Shown here in pieces: positions 15,217-24,859 of a stretch of 64,000 nt of DNA. Made by a program: the position numbers and the translations under genes. The first letter of the stretch is position 1. Every line of letters begins with the position of its first letter. Origin of the DNA: Alphaproteobacteria bacterium (GTDB lineage: Bacteria; Pseudomonadota; Alphaproteobacteria; MPNO01); NCBI GenBank assembly GCA_964291675.2, contig OZ219866.1:2752001-2816000 (forward strand), read 5' to 3'. The notes under the pieces were generated by a model. The model worked only from the letters and a program-made list of their open reading frames with translations. It did no database searches and was not told the origin of the DNA.

Positions 15217-16737
15217 CTACGCCACGATGCGGCCGGGGCGCATGCCGGCGGCGGCGGCGAGCGCGTCGAGCTGGCGCGACACCGGCTCGTCGAGCGGCGC
15301 GGCGCCGTCCTTGGGCAAGGCGAGGGTGAGGCGGTCCCGGTCGACGGCGAGCGAGGCGCGGGCGAGCAGGGCAGGCGCGCCGCCCGAGACCCGGAAGGCG
15401 AGCCGCATCGCCTCGCCGATCACCTCGGCGCGCTGGCGCTGGCGCTGGGTCATCAGCCGGTGCGCCGCCTGCGCCTCGGGCGCCCCCGGGTCGCCGCCAT
15501 AGCGCACGAAGGCGGCATAGGAGAGGAAGCCGCGCTGGTCGTGCTCCAGCCCCATGAAGGGGAAGCGCTGGATCCGGTTCATCGTCTGCACCGCGCGGTA
15601 GTCGGGGTGTTCGCGCCAGCCGATGTCGGCGAGGTGGCAGGCGATGCGCCGCAGCCGCCGCCCACCCTTGCGGCGCCCCTGGAACAGCGGCTCGATCCAG
15701 TCGAACAGGGTGTGGCCCAGCGGGCCGAAGCGGGACTCGCGGGCGGAGAGCGTCATGGCGGCGGCGAGCACCGGGTCGTCGCGCCGCCGCTCCGGGACCA
15801 GCCGGTCGTAGAGAAACCCCTCGCGCAGCCCGTGGGCGGAGAACGCGATCCGCTTCGCCCCGGTCGCCGCGAGCAACGCGCGCATCATGTCGCAGGCGAC
15901 CGGCAGGCTGTCGCGCCGCCGCCGGGACACGCCGGCGATCTGCTCCAGCGAGCGCGGGCCGAGCGCGCCCATCACCTCGGCGAGGTCGCGCATCTCGCCC
16001 ACCGACATGCGGTAGCCGTCGATCACGTGCAGCGGGTGGTCGGCGCGCGCCATGTGCAGCCGGGCGACCGCGCGCCACGCCCCGCCGACGGGATAGAAGG
16101 CGCGCCCGGCGCCGCCTTTGAGCCAGCGGAGATCGGCGAGCTGGGCGCGGATCTCCTCCAGCATCGCGCGGCGCGCCGCCCGGCCGCGCCCGGCATAGCG
16201 CAGTATCCCGAGCGGCAGGGTTGCCTGGCGGGCGATCCGGCCGCGGCGGATGTCGACCAGCTCGAGGCTGCCGCCGCCGAGATCGCCCATGATGCCGTCG
16301 GCCCCGGGCAGGCCGGAGATCACCCCGAGCGCAGACAGCCTCGCCTCCTCGTCGCCGCTCAGCACGCGGATGCGCTCGCCGCAGCTTTCGGCGACCCCGC
16401 GCACGAACGCCGCGCCGTTGCTCGCTTCGCGCACCGCGGCGGTGGCGATGAAGGCGGGCTCTGCCGCCCCCATGCCGCGGGCGAGCGCGCCGAACCGGGC
16501 GATCGCGCGCAGCGCGCGGCCCGCCGCCGCATCGTCGATCGTCCCGGTCTTCGCCAGCTCGGCGCCGAGCCCGCAGGCCGCGCTCTCGTTGAACATCGGC
16601 ACCGGCGCCCGCCGGTAGCCGTCATAGACCACCAGCCGCACCGTGTTGGAGCCGATATCGACCACCGCGACCGGGGCATCCGGCGCGGCGCGGGCGGGCG
16701 CGGCCTCGGGCGTCTCGATCGGTCCCGTGTCGTGCAT
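15217..16737 (-). CDS. ppx: exopolyphosphatase Ppx/GppA
   Basis: DIGSNTVRL, ATAAVREA, DLGGGSLE, GLREG. Adjacent to ppk1. Confidence 0.95.
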   Translation of the reverse strand: MHDTGPIETPEAAPARAAPDAPVAVVDIGSNTVRLVVYDGYRRAPVPMFNESAACGLGAELAKTGTIDDAAAGRALRAIARFGALARGMGAAEPAFIATAAVREASNGAAFVRGVAESCGERIRVLSGDEEARLSALGVISGLPGADGIMGDLGGGSLELVDIRRGRIARQATLPLGILRYAGRGRAARRAMLEEIRAQLADLRWLKGGAGRAFYPVGGAWRAVARLHMARADHPLHVIDGYRMSVGEMRDLAEVMGALGPRSLEQIAGVSRRRRDSLPVACDMMRALLAATGAKRIAFSAHGLREGFLYDRLVPERRRDDPVLAAAMTLSARESRFGPLGHTLFDWIEPLFQGRRKGGRRLRRIACHLADIGWREHPDYRAVQTMNRIQRFPFMGLEHDQRGFLSYAAFVRYGGDPGAPEAQAAHRLMTQRQRQRAEVIGEAMRLAFRVSGGAPALLARASLAVDRDRLTLALPKDGAAPLDEPVSRQLDALAAAAGMRPGRIVA

Positions 16738-16768
16738 CTACGCTATCGCCCGGAACCCTGGAACCGGC

Positions 16769-18916
16769 TCAGGCGGGGGCGCCGGAGTCGTCGTTCCTGA
16801 GCGCGCTTCCCCGGCCCGAGAGACTCGGGTTGGTCATGAAGTAGTCATGCGCGCTAAAGGCGCTCTCGGGCGCCTCGACGCGGCGATAGGCACCGTCCGC
16901 CTCCAGCACCCAGCTCTGCGCCTCGTCCATCAGGTTGGCGCCCATGATGCGGTCCAGCACCTGGCGGTGGACGGTCCGGTTGAGGATCGGGATCAGGGTC
17001 TCCACCCGCCGGTCGAGATTGCGCGGCATCCAGTCGGCCGACGAGATGTAGACCTTCGCCTTGGCCGAGCCGCGCGGGTGGGCGGCGCCGAAGCAGACGA
17101 TCCGGCTGTGTTCGAGGAAGCGGCCGACGATGCTTTTCACCCGGATGTTGTCGGACAGGCCGGGCACGCCGGGCCTGAGGCAGCAGATGCCGCGCACGAT
17201 CAGCTCGATGCCGACCCCGGCCCGCGAGGCGGCGTACAGGCGGTCGATGATCTCGGGGTCGACCAGGGAGTTCATCTTGGCGAGGATCCAGGCCGGCCTG
17301 CCGGCGCGCGCATTGTCGATCTCGCCGTCGATCAGCCGGACCAGGGTGTCGCGCATGTCGATCGGCGAGACCGAGATACGCTCCATGCCCTCCGGCACGC
17401 CGGTCCCGGTCATGTAGTTGAACAGCTTCGCCGCGTCGCGGCAGAACGTCGCGTCGCAGGTGAAGTGCGACAGGTCGGTGTAGATCCGCGCGTTGATCGG
17501 GTGGTAGTTGCCGGTGCCGAAATGGGCGTAGGTCTGCAGCCCGTTCTGCTCGCGCCGGACCACCAGCGAGACCTTGGCGTGGGTCTTGAGCTGGACGAAG
17601 CCGAACACCACCTGGGCGCCGGCGCGCTCCAGGTCGCGCGCCCAGCGTATGTTGCGCTCCTCGTCGAACCGCGCCTTGAGCTCGATCAGCGCGGTCACCG
17701 ACTTGCCGCGCTCGGCGGCGTCGCGCAGCGCGGCCACGATCGGCGAGTCCTCGCTGGTGCGGTACAGCGTCTGCTTGATCGCCACCACGTTGGGGTCCGC
17801 CGCGGCCTGGCGCAGGAAGCTCACCACCACGTCGAAGCTCTCATAGGGGTGGTGGACGATGATGTCCTTCTGGCGGATCGCGGCGAAGCAGTCGCCGTCG
17901 TAGTCGAGGATGCGCTCGGGGAAGCGCGGCGAGTAGGGCTCGAAGACGAGATCCGGGCGGTCGCGCAGGATCAGGCTGGAGGTCTCGGCGAGGCCCAGCA
18001 GCCCGTCCACGTCGAACACGTCCTCCTCGCCGACGCCGAGGCTGTCGACCACGAAGCTCCTGAGCGCCGCCGGCACGTCGGCGTTGATCTTGAGCCGGAT
18101 CACCGAGCCCCGGCGGCGCCGGCGCAGCAGCTCCTCCGACTCGCGCACCAGGTCTTCCGCCTCCTCCTCGATCTCCAGATCGCTGTCGCGCAGCACGCGG
18201 AACACGCCGACATCCTGAAGATCGAAGCCGGGGAACAGCAGGTCGAGATGGACGCGGACCACCTGTTCCAGCGCGACGAAGGCCGATTTGCGGCTCTCCA
18301 GGCGGACGAAGCGGTCGATCGTGGCGGGCAGCGCAACCAGCCCGGCCAGGGTCTCCTCGTCCTCCGGCCGCTTCATCGACAGCACCAGCGAGAAGCCGAA
18401 ATTGGGGATGAACGGGAAGGGGTGCGCCGGGTCGATCGCCACCGGGGTCAGCGCGGGAAAGATCTCCTTGACGAAATAGGCCGCGAGCCAGTCGCGCTCG
18501 GCCGCATCCAGCGCCTCGGGTTCGAGCACCTCGATCCCCGCTTCGCGCATCGCCTCGCGCAGCGCGCGCCAGCAGCGCTGCTGTTCGCGCATCAGCTTGC
18601 GGGCGCGCTCGTTGACCGCGCGGAGCTGCTCCTGCGGCGTCAGCCCGTCGGCGCTGCGCGCGGCCACGCCGGCCTGGATCAGGCTTTTGAGCCCGGCCAC
18701 CCGGACCATGTAGAACTCGTCCAGATTGGCCGCCGAGATGGAGACGAAGCGCAGCCGCTCGAGCAGCGGATGGGCCGCGTTCGAGGCCTCCTCCAGCACG
18801 CGCTCGTTGAACGCGAGCCAGGAGAGCTCCCGGTTGATGAACCGGTTCGGGTTGCCGGCGAGCGGCGAGGAAGGGGCCTCGCCCGCTTCGGCCTGTTGCG
18901 GTCGCGCGTCGTCCAT
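16769..18916 (-). CDS. ppk1: polyphosphate kinase 1
   Basis: [57 protein letters not shown]. Confidence 0.98.
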   Translation of the reverse strand: MDDARPQQAEAGEAPSSPLAGNPNRFINRELSWLAFNERVLEEASNAAHPLLERLRFVSISAANLDEFYMVRVAGLKSLIQAGVAARSADGLTPQEQLRAVNERARKLMREQQRCWRALREAMREAGIEVLEPEALDAAERDWLAAYFVKEIFPALTPVAIDPAHPFPFIPNFGFSLVLSMKRPEDEETLAGLVALPATIDRFVRLESRKSAFVALEQVVRVHLDLLFPGFDLQDVGVFRVLRDSDLEIEEEAEDLVRESEELLRRRRRGSVIRLKINADVPAALRSFVVDSLGVGEEDVFDVDGLLGLAETSSLILRDRPDLVFEPYSPRFPERILDYDGDCFAAIRQKDIIVHHPYESFDVVVSFLRQAAADPNVVAIKQTLYRTSEDSPIVAALRDAAERGKSVTALIELKARFDEERNIRWARDLERAGAQVVFGFVQLKTHAKVSLVVRREQNGLQTYAHFGTGNYHPINARIYTDLSHFTCDATFCRDAAKLFNYMTGTGVPEGMERISVSPIDMRDTLVRLIDGEIDNARAGRPAWILAKMNSLVDPEIIDRLYAASRAGVGIELIVRGICCLRPGVPGLSDNIRVKSIVGRFLEHSRIVCFGAAHPRGSAKAKVYISSADWMPRNLDRRVETLIPILNRTVHRQVLDRIMGANLMDEAQSWVLEADGAYRRVEAPESAFSAHDYFMTNPSLSGRGSALRNDDSGAPA

Positions 18917-19095
18917 CGGTTCCACCGGCCGCGCGGCCGGGCCCGTCGAGAAGCAAGAATTCGTCCCGCGAGCGTTTACGCTTTCGCCGCTTCCGTCAAG
19001 CGAAAGGCGCGGGCGGCGTGACCGATGCGGATCGGTCGAACCCGCCTTGCGCGGGGACTGACAAGCGCTCCGCCGCCGGCCTATGCTCGTGCGCG

Positions 19096-19611
19096 ATGCG
19101 CACGCTCTACCTCCTGAGGCACGCCAAGTCCGACTGGGGCGACCCCGGGCTCGCCGACTTCGACCGCCCGCTGGCCGCGCGCGGCAGGCGGGCGGCGCCG
19201 GCGGTGGCGGGCTGGATGCGGGACAACGACTGCGCGCCGGCGTTCGTGCTGTGCTCCGCCGCGCGGCGGGCGGCCGAGACCTGGGCGCTGGTCGCCGGGG
19301 TGCTGGAGAGCGCGCCCGAGGTCGAGACCACCGAGGAGCTCTACCACGCCGCGCCCGCCGGGCTGTTCGCGCTCGCCCGGGCGCTGCCGGACCGGCACGA
19401 GTCGGCGATGATGGTCGGGCACAACCCCGGCTTCCACCTGCTGGCCTGCGCGCTGGCCGGCGAGGGGCCCGACGACCTCCTGGACCTGCTCGCCGCGGGC
19501 TACCCGACGGCGGCGCTGGCGGGCATCGCGTTCGACACGGCGAGCTGGTCGGACATCGCCCCCGGCGCCGGCCGCCTCACTTGCTTCGTCCGGCCGCGGA
19601 CGCTCGAATAG
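19096..19611 (+). CDS. sixA: histidine phosphatase SixA family
   Basis: [21 protein letters not shown]. Confidence 0.9.
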   Translation: MRTLYLLRHAKSDWGDPGLADFDRPLAARGRRAAPAVAGWMRDNDCAPAFVLCSAARRAAETWALVAGVLESAPEVETTEELYHAAPAGLFALARALPDRHESAMMVGHNPGFHLLACALAGEGPDDLLDLLAAGYPTAALAGIAFDTASWSDIAPGAGRLTCFVRPRTLE

Positions 19612-19732
19612 CCGGTACTTCGACAGGGGCTTGCTGGAGAAGGCCGGCGCTGCGTCATGCGGCGGCGTTCGACGCTTCGCGGTCCTCGGGCCGGTCGCCG
19701 GCGGAGGTTGGACGGCGGCCCACGCCGGTCGG

Positions 19733-19920
19733 TCACGTCTGCGGAAAGAGCCGGGGAAACAGGCCCTCCGGCGCGTCCACCGGGAATCGCAGCGAGACCG
19801 GGCCTTTCGGCGTCTCCGAGGCGAGCAGCCCCGCCTCTACGACGTCGCGCAGCAGGCGCCGGGCGGGCTCGATCCGCGTCGGCGCTTCGGCGATCTCTCC
19901 GGCCGATGTCATGCGCCCGC
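19733..19920 (-). pseudogene. orphan C-terminal fragment of a Fic-family/wHTH protein
   Basis: ARRLLRDVVEAGLLASETPKGPVSLRFPVDAPEGLFPRLFP resembles the C-terminus of alphaproteobacterial Fic proteins. No Fic motif upstream. Confidence 0.55.
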
Positions 19921-20095
19921 AGGCCTCCGGATTTCTTGCCGTGGCGACAGCTCGATCGCTGGGTTGGCCGATGTGTTGGCCGATATTCCTCCAGCGATCG
20001 GCCGGCGCTGTGGCCGATCCTTGATTCCGGTGCCGCCGTTCGGCCTCCCGCACGGCAGGACAACCGCCTGATTCGACAACCGGGGCGGCTCCCGG

Positions 20096-20539
20096 TCAGT
20101 ACCCGAAGGCGTACTGACCCCCGGGAAGCAGCGTGAAAGTGCCCTTCCGAAGGATGTCGCGGCCGATGATGGCCTGATATCTGCTGAGGCCAGCCCCTTC
20201 GGGATTGAGGCCGGGCACCAGCACCGGACCGGCCAGATCCCAGTTCTCCGCTCCTATGAGATCCTCTGTCCTGTCCTGATCGAGCAGGAAAAAGAATTGT
20301 ACCTGGTTGAGGGACACTTCCACGGCCGGGCCTGCGGTGTGCAGCGTTCTTCGGCCGCGTGGCTCCATCCGGAGATAGTCGACGACCGGCTTCAAGATGC
20401 AGGAATTCAGCGCCCCGGTGTCGAACAGAGCCGGGCACAGGTGAGGAGCGGCGCTTTTCGATGAGATGCCCTCCGGGAGGATGCCGACCTCGCGGATCGG
20501 CCCCGCGTTCCACTCAAAGCGGCCTGAGAGCACCGGCAT
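20096..20539 (-). CDS. retropepsin-like (clan AA) aspartic protease
   Basis: ALFDTGA catalytic motif and IIGRDIL motif; 147 aa. Confidence 0.85.
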   Translation of the reverse strand: MPVLSGRFEWNAGPIREVGILPEGISSKSAAPHLCPALFDTGALNSCILKPVVDYLRMEPRGRRTLHTAGPAVEVSLNQVQFFFLLDQDRTEDLIGAENWDLAGPVLVPGLNPEGAGLSRYQAIIGRDILRKGTFTLLPGGQYAFGY

Positions 20540-20792
20540 GAGACAGATAACCGAGATCGACGGCCTGATCGGTCACTTCCTGGATGGAGAACCGACCGTC
20601 CTCAAACAGATTGGAGCCCGCGACGAAAGCATCCCGGCTCGTGTCGAAGAAATCGACTATCCGCGCATCCCGCATGAGCGCAAACTTGTTTCGATGCTCT
20701 CTGAGCAGGTCGGGCAGGCGCTCACGGAACGCACGGTAGTTCCGCTCGACCTCTTCCTGCTGAGCCGACCTCTCGGTTCGATCGTTGTCCAT
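20514..20792 (-). CDS. small DUF5678-like protein coupled to the aspartic protease
   Basis: MDNDR...NYRAFRERLPDLLREHRNKFALMRDARIVDFFDT...FSIQEV. Overlaps the protease start by 26 nt. Confidence 0.7.
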   Translation of the reverse strand: MDNDRTERSAQQEEVERNYRAFRERLPDLLREHRNKFALMRDARIVDFFDTSRDAFVAGSNLFEDGRFSIQEVTDQAVDLGYLSHAGALRPL

Positions 20793-21018
20793 CGCGGGTC
20801 TCCCTCGCCCGTGGAGTAACGTAATTTCGAAGCGGCCGGCTGTCATTCCGGTACGGTTCGATGGGACGGTTTTCCCGCGCTTGCCCACAGACGGTCGGGA
20901 CGATTCTCCAGCCCCCATCGACGACTTCCGGCACTCGCAGCCGCATCGCGAAGATTTTACTCGGACGCAGGGATGCTGCGGAGGGCGGCGAATAGCCGCG
21001 GTCAGGATTCGGCTCCCC

Positions 21019-21190
21019 CGGTCATGCCCGGAACAAGTCCACTCCGGACCGGCCAACCATGCGGCCCCTCCGCACGCACGGCGATCCGTCCGGAGGGACG
21101 CCGATGGGGGCGGGCCGCGTCCGGCTCCGCATGCACCGCCCATGGATGCCCGGATCGCCCCCGGACTCGATCCGGGGGCCGGCCATGACG
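21019..21190. repeat. REP-like palindromes (family B: GTCATGxCCGGACTTGATCCGGxCATCCA), degenerate pair
   Basis: gtcatgcccgg at 21021 and inverted tggatgcccggatc...ggccatgac at 21143-21189. Confidence 0.7.
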
Positions 21191-21358
21191 ACATGGGGGC
21201 GGGCAGGGCGTCGGCCATGACGGGCGGCGGTCCCCTCGTCGATCCGCGCCGACCGTGCGTCGGGTTATCCGGATAGGCGCCTGTCGAGGACCGCCCGGCT
21301 TGCCGCGGGCGCGGCGACGGGCGACACTGGCGCCGCCCGACCCGACAGGAGTCCGCCG

Positions 21359-22603
21359 ATGCACCCGGTGCAGCTCTTCCACTGGCACTTCATGGCCTAC
21401 CCCTATCTGCCGGAGGATTTCGACGAGCGGTTCGACACCGGCTGGGTGACGGTGCCCAACAGCCTGTGGGACCGCGAGCGGACCGACGGGCTGTATCAGG
21501 AATATATCGACCAGCTCGCCGAGGCGGCCGGGCTCGGCTTCGACGGGCTGGTGCTGAACGAGCACCACCAGAACATCTACGGGCTGATGCCCTCGCCCAA
21601 CATCGTCGCCGCGGCGCTCACCCAGCGCACCGAGCGGGCGAAGCTGGTCGTGCTCGGCAATCTGCTGCCGCTCCACCTCAACCCGCTCCGCGTCGCCGAG
21701 GAATACGCGATGATCGATTCGATCTCGGGCGGGCGGCTGATCGCGGGCTTCGCCGTCGGCGGCGGGCCCGAGGCGTACAACTACAACATCCCCTCGCCGC
21801 AGTCGCGCCAGCGCTTCTGGGAGGCGGTCGACCTGATCCTCAGGACCTGGACCGAGGACGGGCCGTTCGAGCACGAGGGGCCGTCCTACCCGCTGCGCTA
21901 CGTCAATATCTGGCCCAAGCCGCGCCAGACGCCGCACCCCAGGGTGTGGATCCCGGGGGCCCTCAGCGCCGAGACCATGGACCATGTGGCGCGCCGCGGC
22001 TTCGACTACTTCCTGTCGTCGCGCACCCACGGGGCGGCGACCCGCCAGGCGCGCGAGCGCTTCGCCGGCATCCTCCAGCGCCACGGCGATGCCTACCACC
22101 CGTTCCGCATGGGGGTGCTGCTCTCGGTCTATGTCGGCGAGACCGACGAGCAGGCCAGGCAGGAGGCGGAGGAGGGGGTCTGGTACTTCCTCAAATACTG
22201 CCTCAAGGGCCATCTCAGGCGCACCGGGCGGACGCTCACCTTCGGCCCCGGCGTGCCGTCGCAATCGGTGCGCTCGTGGCGCGCCTATCTGGAGAACTCG
22301 ACCGCCGGCGCGCCGATGCTGGGCGATGCCGACGACTGGGAGGAGCTGGAAGCCAAGGCCTCCATCGTGGTCGGCAGCCCGGCCACGGTGCGCGAGAAGC
22401 TGTGGGACCTGATCGAGCAGGCCGAAATCGGCAATCTGCTGATCCAGTTCCATTTCGGCAACATGGCGGATGGGCTCGCGCGAAAGAGCGCCCGCCTGTT
22501 CGCCGAACAGGTGGCGCCCGAACTCCGCGCCCGCTCGGCCGAGCTGTTCGCCCGCAACTACCCGGCGCTCGCCGACCGCCCGACCGCGAGCGCCGCCGAA
22601 TGA
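21359..22603 (+). CDS. LLM-class flavin-dependent oxidoreductase
   Basis: GFDGLVLNEHH, PLRVAEEYAMIDSISGGRL, PKPRQTPHP. Confidence 0.92.
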   Translation: MHPVQLFHWHFMAYPYLPEDFDERFDTGWVTVPNSLWDRERTDGLYQEYIDQLAEAAGLGFDGLVLNEHHQNIYGLMPSPNIVAAALTQRTERAKLVVLGNLLPLHLNPLRVAEEYAMIDSISGGRLIAGFAVGGGPEAYNYNIPSPQSRQRFWEAVDLILRTWTEDGPFEHEGPSYPLRYVNIWPKPRQTPHPRVWIPGALSAETMDHVARRGFDYFLSSRTHGAATRQARERFAGILQRHGDAYHPFRMGVLLSVYVGETDEQARQEAEEGVWYFLKYCLKGHLRRTGRTLTFGPGVPSQSVRSWRAYLENSTAGAPMLGDADDWEELEAKASIVVGSPATVREKLWDLIEQAEIGNLLIQFHFGNMADGLARKSARLFAEQVAPELRARSAELFARNYPALADRPTASAAE

Positions 22604-23418
22604 GCGGCCGCGAGGTCGCCCTTCCCCGGAGCCGGACGGTCCAGATCGCCGAGGCGGGGGACGGCCCGGCCGCGGTCTATCTGCACGGCATCGCCGACAT
22701 CCACGGCGCGTCCTTCTCCTTCCTGCCGTTCCACGAGGCGCTGGCCCAACGCCTCGCGCTGATCGCGCCCGCCCATCCCGGCTGCGCCGGTAGCTCGGAG
22801 GACGAGGCGCTGGAGACCGTCGACGACCTGGTGTTCCACTATCTCGAGCTGTTCGACGCGCTCGGGCTCGGGACGCTCCGCCTCGCCGGCTCCTGCATCG
22901 GCGGCTGGATCGCGGCCGAGATCGCGGTGCGCCATCCGGAGCGAGTCGAGCGCCTCGCGCTGGTCGGCCCGACCGGGCTGTTCGTCCCCGGCGCGCCGAT
23001 CGCCGACGTGTTCTGGGAGACCCATCCGGCCGACGGGGTCTCGCTGGCCGCGCTCCGCGCGCTGCTGTTCGGCGACGCCGAGTCCGGCATCGCGCGCGCC
23101 ATGTTCCCCGATCTCCGCGGCGACATCGACCAGGAGGTGCTGCGCTACAAGCTGTTCCGCTTCGCCTCGCGCATCGGCTTCAGCCCGCCATACCTGCACA
23201 GCCGGCGCCTCGCCGAACGCCTGCCTCGCTACCGCGCCCCGGCGCTGGTGGTGCAGGGCGAGCATGACCGGCTGGTCCCCGCCCGCCACGGCGAGGCCTA
23301 TGCGGACGGGTTCGGCGACGCCCGGCTGGAGATCGTCGAGGGCGCCGGGCACAGCGCCTTCGCCGAGCGCCCGGACGCGGTCGCCGCGCTGGTCGCCGAC
23401 TTCCTCGCCGCGCCGTGA
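22600..23418 (+). CDS. alpha/beta fold hydrolase
   Basis: YLHG, GSCIGG nucleophile elbow, GEHDRLV, GAGH. ATGA overlap with the LLM gene. Confidence 0.88.
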   Translation: MSGREVALPRSRTVQIAEAGDGPAAVYLHGIADIHGASFSFLPFHEALAQRLALIAPAHPGCAGSSEDEALETVDDLVFHYLELFDALGLGTLRLAGSCIGGWIAAEIAVRHPERVERLALVGPTGLFVPGAPIADVFWETHPADGVSLAALRALLFGDAESGIARAMFPDLRGDIDQEVLRYKLFRFASRIGFSPPYLHSRRLAERLPRYRAPALVVQGEHDRLVPARHGEAYADGFGDARLEIVEGAGHSAFAERPDAVAALVADFLAAP

Positions 23419-23936
23419 TCCGCGCGCTCGCCGACGGCGACGATCTGGAGGTAACGGCAGACCGGCCGGACATCCTCGCCGTCGTCAACGCGGCGGCCGA
23501 GGCCTATCGCGGCATCATCCCGCCCGACCGCTGGAAGGAGCCCTACATGCCGGCGGGGGAGCTCGCCGCCGAGATCGCCGCCGGCATCGCCTTCAGCGGC
23601 TGGGCGGACGAAGGCGGGCTGCAGGGCGTGATGGGCGTCCAGCCGGTGGACGACGTGATCCTGATCCGCCACGCCTATGTCCGCCCCGAGCGCCAGGGCG
23701 AGGGAATCGGCACGGCGCTGCTCGCCGCACTCTGCCGCGGCGCCGACCGCCCCATCCTGATCGGTACCTGGGCGGCGGCGGGCTGGGCGATCCGCTTCTA
23801 CGAAGCGCGCGGCTTCGCCCTGGTCGGCGAGGACGAGAAGGCGGGTCTGCTCAGGCGCTACTGGACCGTGCCGGAGCGCCAGATCGAGACCTCGGTGGTG
23901 CTGGGGGACGCGCGGTGGTTCGGGGGGCGGGGGTAG
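23415..23936 (+). CDS. GNAT N-acetyltransferase
   Basis: RHAYVRPERQGEGIG, AIRFYEARGF. Confidence 0.9.
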   Translation: MIRALADGDDLEVTADRPDILAVVNAAAEAYRGIIPPDRWKEPYMPAGELAAEIAAGIAFSGWADEGGLQGVMGVQPVDDVILIRHAYVRPERQGEGIGTALLAALCRGADRPILIGTWAAAGWAIRFYEARGFALVGEDEKAGLLRRYWTVPERQIETSVVLGDARWFGGRG

Positions 23937-23950
23937 GAAAATGCTGCGGG

Positions 23951-24165
23951 AGGGCGCATCCGTCTTGGATGGAACCGCCGGCACGGCCGGGGCCGTCCTC
24001 CCATATGCCCGGATCAAGCCCCGGACTGCGATCCGGGGCTACTCAGGATGAGGGTTGGGAGGCGGGGCGCGGGACGCCCCAAGACCCTCATCCCGAGTAG
24101 GCGCGGAGGGCCGTATCGAGTGACGCCGCGGCGCATCGGTTCCATCCAAGAGCGGACACGCCCTA
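23951..24165. mobile_element. MITE-like element: about 27-bp terminal inverted repeats enclosing family A/B REP palindromes
   Basis: AGGGCGCATCCGTCTTGGATGGAACCG at 23951-23977 versus the reverse complement of 24137-24164, AGGGCGTGTCCGCTCTTGGATGGAACCG. Confidence 0.6.
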
Positions 24166-24591
24166 CCGGCCCGTTTCCCCCGCAACGCCGTCCCACCGCG
24201 GCCGCCCGTCCTTGCGGCCGTTCTCGCGCGCCGCCCTGGCCTTGGCGGACGAGCGGGACCTGCCGCCCGCCGCGCCGAGATGCGCGGCCATCCAGCGCCG
24301 CGAGCCGAGGACGCCCCGCAGCAGGGCCGGAAGGTAGAGATCGGCGTCGAGTCTCGGCCAGTGCAGGCCGAGCCCGCTCGGGCTGAGCTCGATCTCGGCC
24401 AGGTCTTCGGACGAGGCGCCGTCCAGCCCCTCCGCGAGTTCTGGGGGAAAGGCGATTTCGATGCCGGTGTTCAACTTCACGACGACCCGCCGCCTCCGCC
24501 GGTCGTAGCGGGCGGACAGCGCATGGCCGGCATCGCGCTTTTTCTGCATTCGTGCCGCTGCCCGTTCCAGCTCGCGATCGGTCACCGACAT
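24163..24591 (-). CDS. DUF2442 domain protein (antitoxin-like)
   Basis: IELSPSGLGLHWPRLDADLYLPALLRG, AAARENG-like basic tail. Confidence 0.85.
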   Translation of the reverse strand: MSVTDRELERAAARMQKKRDAGHALSARYDRRRRRVVVKLNTGIEIAFPPELAEGLDGASSEDLAEIELSPSGLGLHWPRLDADLYLPALLRGVLGSRRWMAAHLGAAGGRSRSSAKARAARENGRKDGRPRWDGVAGETGR

Positions 24592-24688
24592 GGATGCTTC
24601 TCCGGTGCTCGCTCGGTATCCGCGGCGCTCCGGCCGGCGCCGCGCCGGATATTCTAACCGATCCGCCGCCTCGCTGGCGGAAAGGCCG

Positions 24689-24770
24689 CATGGATGGCCG
24701 GATCAAGTCCGGCCATGACGGGGTGGGGGTGGCGGTGGAGGAGTACGGGAGCCGGGTGCGACCCGCCCCG
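24689..24770. repeat. 82-bp REP-B plus flank unit, inverted copy of 41245-41326
   Basis: Direct comparison gives about 2 mismatches. Confidence 0.85.
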
Positions 24771-24859
24771 AAGGCCAAACCCGACGGCAGCGGAACATGT
24801 CCGGCCACGACGACATGCGGGAGAGGCGCGGCCGGAGAGACCGCACGCCGGCCGCCCCC

